Source: Zancudomyces culisetae HAW-14-8 (taxonomy: Eukaryota; Fungi; Kickxellomycota). Taken from it: a stretch of 64,000 nucleotides of DNA. The DNA is taken from assembly GCA_052426225.1 (NCBI GenBank), contig JBNJNM010000011.1, positions 1,674,001 through 1,738,000 on the forward strand. The letters run 5' to 3'. The notes below the pieces were generated by a model. That model was not told where the DNA came from, did no database searches, and saw nothing but the letters and a program-made list of their open reading frames with translations. Positions within the stretch are counted from its first letter, which is position 1. Each line of letters starts with the position of its first letter. Below are positions 57,261 through 64,000 of this stretch, one piece after another. The translations under genes were made by a program, and so were the position numbers.

Positions 57261-58210
57261 TCAAATTAAAAGTTTCAAGAAGGCGTGAACCCAAGCATGG
57301 ATACCACCTGAACTGTTAGCCCAATGGTCTAAATTGCTGCAAAAATCATAAACAAGAATAGCACAATGGCCATCTAAACATCCAAGCAGATGCAACACTT
57401 GCAACGTCGTGCTGGAACTTGACCAAAGATTATACTCCAGTGATATTGTTGGCTTTGCGTTCATTATTGAGAGAGAAAAATGCACGCACGCAATAGGTAC
57501 TATCGGTTCTCTTCCTGTGGTATGGCATTCCCTTCCTGAATCAAAATCGCTAGCATAGATGTCGCAATCTAAAAATAACAAGTTTGTGGATACCAGGAAA
57601 AAAAATCCAATTTTGTCTCGTGCTGCCACAAGCTCTGCTTCTTGGTTGAGTGGTGTAAATACAATGCGTGGTGTTCGTAGTACTACTCACATAACTTCAG
57701 CAATCAGAAACCTTTTATCCTTTGCTTATTTATTTTGTGGTCTTTGAAACAAGGTGGCAAACTCTGTAAACCCCGGCCACTTCATCACACTTTCTAGTGA
57801 ATTTGAACCAAGTCTCAGTGTTGGTTCATCAAGCATAATAAGTTTGGAACCCGCTATTATTATTTGCACCACAGTTGCCACTCGCTTACCCTCATTACCC
57901 GAAACTCCTCGGATCAATCACCTCCAATAGGCGTATTGATCATTTTTATCAACTCCAACCTTCCAATACGGCCATTGTAGTTATCACTAATTATGAAAAG
58001 AGCGATGACCAGAGTTGACTCTTTTATTCGTTATATCGATATGTTTTATCATGTAACATCTCTATTCCACTGTACCTAAATGTGGTTGGCTCTTTAACAC
58101 TCTATCTTTGAGATGGAATATTTTTGACCAAATCTTGTTTAATATTCATTCAAATGAAATCATCACCTAACTCTATCAATCTAGCAGACCGTTCACCCAC
58201 GCGTACCATT
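57261..58210 (-). pseudogene. Decayed ABCG/White-type ABC transporter relic (boundaries approximate)
   Basis: Frameshifted fragments: NTPIGGD/IRGVSGNEGKRV (signature SGGERKRV), LIMLDEPTLRLGSNS (Walker B/D-loop), IVFT/TQPRS (H-loop TIHQPRS), then membrane-domain-like ARDKIGFFFLVSTNLLF. Stops and frameshifts lie between the fragments. Confidence 0.72.
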
Positions 58211-58430
58211 TTGACTATCTGGTCTGTACTCTTCCAACCAAAAATGATAATTTGCAGCGTTTAACGCAATGAACTGTGATGTTTTTATCCAATTTATAAG
58301 CAAGTTTTGTTTTTATAACTATATAATACAGCTTTGATATAATCTATAATAATACATATGGTATGTAACCTGAGAGTAAAAAATGGAAAATTCTATATAT
58401 GAGTATACAATTCATTAAAATAAAAGAAAT

Positions 58431-59411
58431 CTATTCGTTGTACGGGTTTTCTGAGAGCTGATCAGCTCTAACTTCATTTTCACGTTTATGGAAAGTCTTG
58501 GATACCCAACGCTTCAGGTTATACCACTCTCTATCATCCCGCAAGGTTCGTTTAATAATCGGGTCCGTAAAAAAAAAATACGCAAGCCCCAATTCTGCCA
58601 GTGTTGATGCTATAATTATAAGTGTATATATAACTCTTGGTACCCTATACCCGACAGCTTCAACGATTGCACTCAACGTAATAGCCAGTAACACTAAAAC
58701 AGGAATTATTGGATACCATAGGAGCCTGAAAAACATGCGCCGAATAACTGAGTTATTGTATCTATGGTTGAGTTCGGAAAACTGTGAACCCAGCTTTAAT
58801 CGACCCTCGATTGCGTCAACTGATGGGCTATGTCGCTTTGCGACAGTAATAAACAACATTATTAAAAATATGACTGACAAAATACTCCCAAATAAACCCA
58901 TCAAGTAATACGAAACTGTTACGGTTTGAAACCCAGTACCTGATGATAGGTAGAGATAGCCGCATCTGGTCAATAATTCTTTACCGCTTTTTCTGGCCAG
59001 TATAAATTGCAAAATCGACAGTCCAGAAACTACGGCTGCAAAAATATAATATCCTACTTCATACCGTTCGACATTTTTCCGATGATACCTGAATATCAGT
59101 AACAAGTGGAGTACAACCGCTATCTCCATATAAACTTGAAGTGTAGAAAAATACCCAAATATTATTTTCAAATCTCTACAAAATTTCGAGCTTCCGGTTA
59201 GGTTGAGTAGAATTAAGTATGCTCCCAGCCTACCAATACCTGCTAGCTGTGCTATGACTACTTGTCTAATTACTATTCTATTTACTGTTTTTCTATCTAT
59301 TAGAAGTAAAAGTAGATACCAACCAACTGTGGCTAGGCAGATACTGAATATTATCGATAAGTATATTGACCCGAGTACCCTTGCAACAGCACTTTGTTCC
59401 TCTAGTGCCAT
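58431..59411 (-). CDS. Seven-transmembrane GPCR-like protein (cAMP-receptor-like/Git3-like)
   Basis: About 7 hydrophobic helices, Cys before TM3 (KFC) and in ECL2 (TRCGY), RLLWYPII in TM6, FFTDP at the end of TM7. First ATG is at 59411. Confidence 0.65.
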   Translation of the reverse strand: MALEEQSAVARVLGSIYLSIIFSICLATVGWYLLLLLIDRKTVNRIVIRQVVIAQLAGIGRLGAYLILLNLTGSSKFCRDLKIIFGYFSTLQVYMEIAVVLHLLLIFRYHRKNVERYEVGYYIFAAVVSGLSILQFILARKSGKELLTRCGYLYLSSGTGFQTVTVSYYLMGLFGSILSVIFLIMLFITVAKRHSPSVDAIEGRLKLGSQFSELNHRYNNSVIRRMFFRLLWYPIIPVLVLLAITLSAIVEAVGYRVPRVIYTLIIIASTLAELGLAYFFFTDPIIKRTLRDDREWYNLKRWVSKTFHKRENEVRADQLSENPYNE

Positions 59412-60499
59412 ATTTTGCACATTATATCCTTTCTTTCTCTACTTTTTTTTCTTTTCTTTTCTATAAATTGGTTTGTTTTTTTCTATTTATTATCTTTCCT
59501 TGACGTTTCTACTATTATCGCTCATGATGTAGGCTTCGACTTTGATAATATACTGTTGTTCACTTTACAAGTATAAACTAACTCTAGGACAATTATTATT
59601 TTACGTGAATATAAAAACGTTTAAAAAGAAAGATAATGAACTGCTAGACAGTTACTGATAGTTCTCAAATACACATGTTTATCCTCTATTCTGGTTTTTT
59701 TAATTATCCTTTTTCGCAGGTTGTTGGTCTGTTCATTCTCAAGAGGATGTATTGGTTTACTATTGGCACTACACACAATTGCTTAGACATACGCGTACCA
59801 TCTACTAAAATAATCTCACTTTATTGGTATTTACAATATGAACACAAATTACAACCCCCCGCACATGTTTCTATGATCCACTAGTTGAGCGAAAGTATGT
59901 ATCGGATATTTTATCTTCGATTCGTCTTTAGCTTTGACCAATGGGTAAGTACATATTATTAGTTCGTTTTTTTTTTGTATAAGCAAGGAGAGTTATGTTA
60001 ATTGATGTATCGCAAAATAAAGCACATTTGCGCAAATACAGGCTTCTTATATACAGTCATATCCGTATCTAGCTTTGAATAGAACACGACCACAACCATA
60101 ACCATGACTAAAAGTAAACTTATGCTACATGCCTGGTTGCGTCCATCTGCTTTATTTTTTTTAAAACGGTGCACTTTCTGCAACCTATACCAGAATACTC
60201 GCTTTGAACAATATTGAAATATATTTCCGATGCAGAGGTTCTCTGGATACCTAGAATTTATATTTTAATACAGTTAAAGCTGTACTATACAAAGCCTAGC
60301 AATTAACAGGCTATTATTTCAGACATTTTTTTCTATGGAATTCCAGACTCATTTGTCGATTACTGTTTTTGCCATCCTTATAGCCTTATAACTTTATAAT
60401 GTGTAATCCAAGTGTGTTACCACTATATACTATTTTTTGCTTCTATTCCTTGCGCACATTCATACGCAAGCCTGTTTAAGCTTTTATCATTGTTTCCAG

Positions 60500-60531
<32 letters not shown>

Positions 60532-60545
60532 GTCTCATTCTCATT
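60500..60545. repeat. (CACTCT)n hexamer repeat, intergenic
   Basis: Directly visible tandem repeat. Confidence 0.85.
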
Positions 60546-62283
60546 GATTTCTCCTGTATTTTCTTTACCCATGCTACCTTAAACAAACCTCTCGAAAATT
60601 TTGCATCTATTCATCTCTTTTTATCATTATGTTACTTTCTAGACTTGCAAACGCCTCAGTGATTTTTCTAATGCTGCATTGAATCTTAATCTTTCATGAA
60701 TTGGTTTTTACCTACTCATTCCCATATGCGAATTTAAGAGTTTGATAAAAATTGTGCCAATGTACATTTTATAGGACCCTTCCAACTTTTACATTCGAAG
60801 TATCATATTTGGACTTAATTCATCAGCATTTTTGGTTATACAAACATCACATCACCTTCAAAAAAAATAGTAATTCATGACACGTATAAATTTACCCTCT
60901 GCTTCAGCGCTTTGATTTTTTAAACAACATTTCTACTAAAATATCTTTGGTTGACATTACTGTATTTCGGATAGTATGCGTGTGTTTTGGTGAGTGTCAT
61001 CTGCAAGCGGCGTAATCCATCCTGCGTGTTTGAATGAATGAAGTTTACCAATATGACGCTACGGTATGTAATATGATTCGTCCTATACTGCGATCGTGTA
61101 GTGTAAACCCGAATATCACGCCTCAAACAGTATTTTAATTTTACGCCAACATTAACATATAATAAGCATAATGTTTGGGTGCTCACTTTTTTTATTTTCT
61201 TATAGAGCATAAAAAATGGAACTCAGGTACTCAAAAATACTTATGATTCTAGTTTTACCATATCCGGTGGTACTCAAAGATAAATAAATTCTGCATTTAG
61301 CAAATTTAATGATAGCATATTCAGGTTTATAACGTGAGGTATATTGTGATTTGCATTGTACGAGATAACTTGTATATGATAAGCGATAGTAGAATGCTAA
61401 ACCTTTTTGCCACAAAACATTTTTTATGGGTAGATTTAATAGAATAATGACACAATTTAAAATCCTGGTCTTTGAAAACTGCCCTTTTTGAAGGAAAAGT
61501 TCCATAATAACAAGGCTCAATAAAGTAGATTGCCAGAAATGTAAAAATACGCTCTGTTATGGTCGTGACCAACTATTGCTGCCACTTATAAGCATATAAA
61601 AATTTGTCACGTTATTTTTGTTACCAAGTTGATGTCACAATCTCATAACAAAAATCAGCAATATCAAGTACTGAAGCGTGTTTATTGCCTTCAAATAAAT
61701 AATAAACCAGACCTATCATGAATGAAGCAGTCAAGTGTACACATCTAGAGTCAAAAGTACGTTTTTTGATGTCAATTCAGGTAACCTACTATGTAAAAAG
61801 TTATTTTGGCGGATTTTCATGGCATATCTTGTGTATTTGAGCAGTTTAGATTCATCATCTAGAACAAACTGAAAATCATTATAGTACACTAATAACAAAT
61901 TTTATGACTGGTATCACTAGAATTGAAAGGATACAGGTGTTACATTTGTACTGTCATACTATATGCGTAGTGCAGCCAGTTTATCTTTTTTACCAAAGTA
62001 AATGAATTTTGAATGTGAAAATAGTATCAATGAGAACGATGTATATTGCCACAAAACAGATTACTAGCCAACATGCTCATACCCAAAACCTGAAAGTATA
62101 GTCTTATATTAAATTTTAATATATACTCACTACTAATTTATGCTAGAAATATAATTCTGTACCCTCAAAAAAATATAAATACATGGTTCTGTTTCTAACA
62201 AATCCTTTGTAAAAAAGACAAACGCTTTGTACTGATACACAAGCAGAAGATAAGAGGTTTAAAAAAATATTAAAATACTAAAA

Positions 62284-63159
62284 ATGCTAACCACATCTGG
62301 AATATTGCATCTAACACTCGCTTCAATTCTCTTCAATAGCAAATATACAGCAGCTAACCATTTGACAACAGAAAATGTCAATGTATCTCAGTTAGAAAAT
62401 CATTCCGTGCATCCCGACAATATGTTTCCATTTATTCCACAAGTAACTAGTATTAGAGATGTAGCAGTAGAAATAATGGAAGAACAAGAGGAAGAACAAG
62501 AGGTTGACGAGTTTTTTGAGAATTTTAATGAGAATGACATGGTTGAAGAGGAAAGTATAGAAAAAATAATTGAAAATCTAGAAGGTATGGTACAAACTCA
62601 AGCAAACGTAAGCCAGCCAGATCTGATGCTGCAAACTATGGGGCATAATAATACAGAACAGGCGGGTGTGGCTCACTTAGATATGGGTCAGGTACCAACA
62701 AACCATACGAATGTAGATCTGGCCAATATATCCCAAGAAGACGGCATCCTCGGCGCAAACTTTACGCCCGAGTTAGTAGGTAAGTTAGAACTAGCATGCT
62801 AATATGCGCATTTGTTTTGTTATGGAGGGAGATCATCTAATTGATGTTTTTTGGACGTCTATGGGTTAACTCAGAAACCCGGATGTTCACAATACTACTT
62901 TTTTTCTAGTCATTATTTCGTATGTTTGTTGTTGCCTTTGAAAAACGCGATGTGGAAGTATACTAAAAAAAAACTATTAATACTGGTAGTTGGAGGAAAG
63001 TGCTCAGGTGTGATGTATTCTTGTGTTGGCCATGACCAACCGCAATATCTGCAGTGTAATTTCGATAGGTTTATTTTGATGGTATGCGGCCCAGGAACAG
63101 TATGTAGAAGCAATGGACAATATAGCGTATATTGCGGATACAGAGATTGTGAAGAATAA
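62284..63159 (+). CDS. Secreted protein with acidic stalk and C-terminal Cys-rich CBM19-like (putative chitin-binding) module, 2 exons (62284-62779, 62990-63159)
   Basis: Signal-like N-terminus and an E-rich middle. An in-phase GTAAGT...GTAG intron joins GGKCSGVMYSCVG..QYLQCNF...VCGPGTVC...YCGY. Confidence 0.65.
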
Positions 63160-63773
63160 AAAACGTTTCCAGTTATTTCTAGCACTTTTTTATATCACAA
63201 GTACCCAAAAAGAGTACGTGATGGTAGCACAAAAATATAAACGTTATTTTGGGGCATCTCACTTGCATCTGGTCGATGGTTAGTAGGATTGGGGGGTATA
63301 TTCTTTTTTATTATATCTATTTTACTAGATATATCAAGATTTGATTTACTTAATATCAGTAAAAAAAATACAAGTTTGTTACATTGCCATAAAAATGATA
63401 CTATTCCCTCATATTCAGTTTATAAAGTATTCAGTCATTTGTATCCACATTCCTTAATGCTGACGTGATGAATGTTTTGAGTGCTGTTTTTAGTAATAAA
63501 CTACGTTTAAAACGTGCAAACAATGGGAGGGTGTTTTTTATTCAAAGCCCATTTATGCATCTCCAAAAAGGGAGGAATCGTGTTTCTATAGTACCATAAA
63601 AACACTGTCAGTTCAAAGGAAAAAGAAAAGGCTTTCTGCCTTTTAAACACCGTTTTTTGGGGAGGAACGATGTCAATCTATTCAGTAAGCTATGTGGCAT
63701 GTACTTGGAAGTGCCTGAATGAGCTCAAATCGCAAATTAAAAACCAGATCCGAAAAGTTTGTAGTTTTTTCGG

Positions 63774-63998
63774 TTATGACATGACAACTGAGTGAATACC
63801 TGGATCTAATAACAGTTTCTTTCCATCTTCGAATATATCTACCAGTTTGTTATGATCTTCGATTGCATTTTCAAGCCTCCGCTTCAATTTTTCATTATCT
63901 TCGCGGTAAAAGTCATTGTCAATTAGTAGGCTCTTTATGGAGCATAGATAATATTCGCATTTTATACAGTGGTTGACCGGAGGGCCAGAGGATGCAAG
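63774..63998 (-). CDS. Probable 3' end of a gene running in from the right edge (coiled-coil-like)
   Basis: A 75-codon frame is open to the window edge: LASSGPPVNHCIKCEYYLCSIKSLLIDNDFYREDNEKLKRRLENAIEDHNKLVDIFEDGKKLLLDPGIHSVVMS*. Confidence 0.45.
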   Translation of the reverse strand, partial: LASSGPPVNHCIKCEYYLCSIKSLLIDNDFYREDNEKLKRRLENAIEDHNKLVDIFEDGKKLLLDPGIHSVVMS

Positions 63999-64000
63999 GG

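Noticed and set aside
61030-61085. SECIS-like ATGAA...AA...TGAT pattern
   Set aside because: Stem pairing is poor and there is no upstream + strand gene with an in-frame UGA.
1-64000. Transposons, CRISPR arrays, rRNA, alternative genetic code
   Set aside because: No transposase, RT or integrase motifs, LTR/TIR pairs or repeat-spacer arrays were seen. Conserved genes translate cleanly with the standard code, and apparent in-frame stops are explained by introns.

Overview
Eukaryotic, AT-rich, intron-containing fungal DNA. Gene content and style suggest an early-diverging, non-dikaryan fungus, possibly Kickxellomycotina/Harpellales-like; this is inference and the taxon is not proven. I can support about 21 protein-coding genes. 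In order they are: TFIIIC Tfc6-like (5' truncated), TFB2, Srs2/UvrD helicase, 6-phosphogluconolactonase, GDSL/SGNH protein, Ngl/Angel EEP nuclease, Yak1, multi-AT-hook protein, RCD1/CAF40, Snx41/Atg20, CEP135/Bld10-like coiled-coil protein, PDK1/Pkh-like kinase, EVI5/Gyp5-like TBC Rab-GAP, S1 protease, CCDC174-like gene (not recovered by the ORF track), NSA2, NPT1, ASNSD1, 7TM receptor-like protein, secreted Cys-rich CBM-like protein and a partial ORF at the right edge. There is also one tRNA-Gln(UUG) and a decayed ABCG transporter pseudogene. No transposon, CRISPR array or rRNA was seen. The strongest lead is a clear CEP135/Bld10 centriole-cartwheel homologue in what looks like a non-flagellated fungus. 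Other leads: introns with A-rich, TAG-dominated 3' splice sites and no CAG; a GDSL protein lacking its catalytic Ser; a PH-less PDK1 ending CCCKH; a metallothionein-like insert on Ngl; and near-abutting convergent gene pairs inside a ~30 kb low-complexity, strand-skewed domain. All exon structures and homologies were assigned by eye, without database searches.
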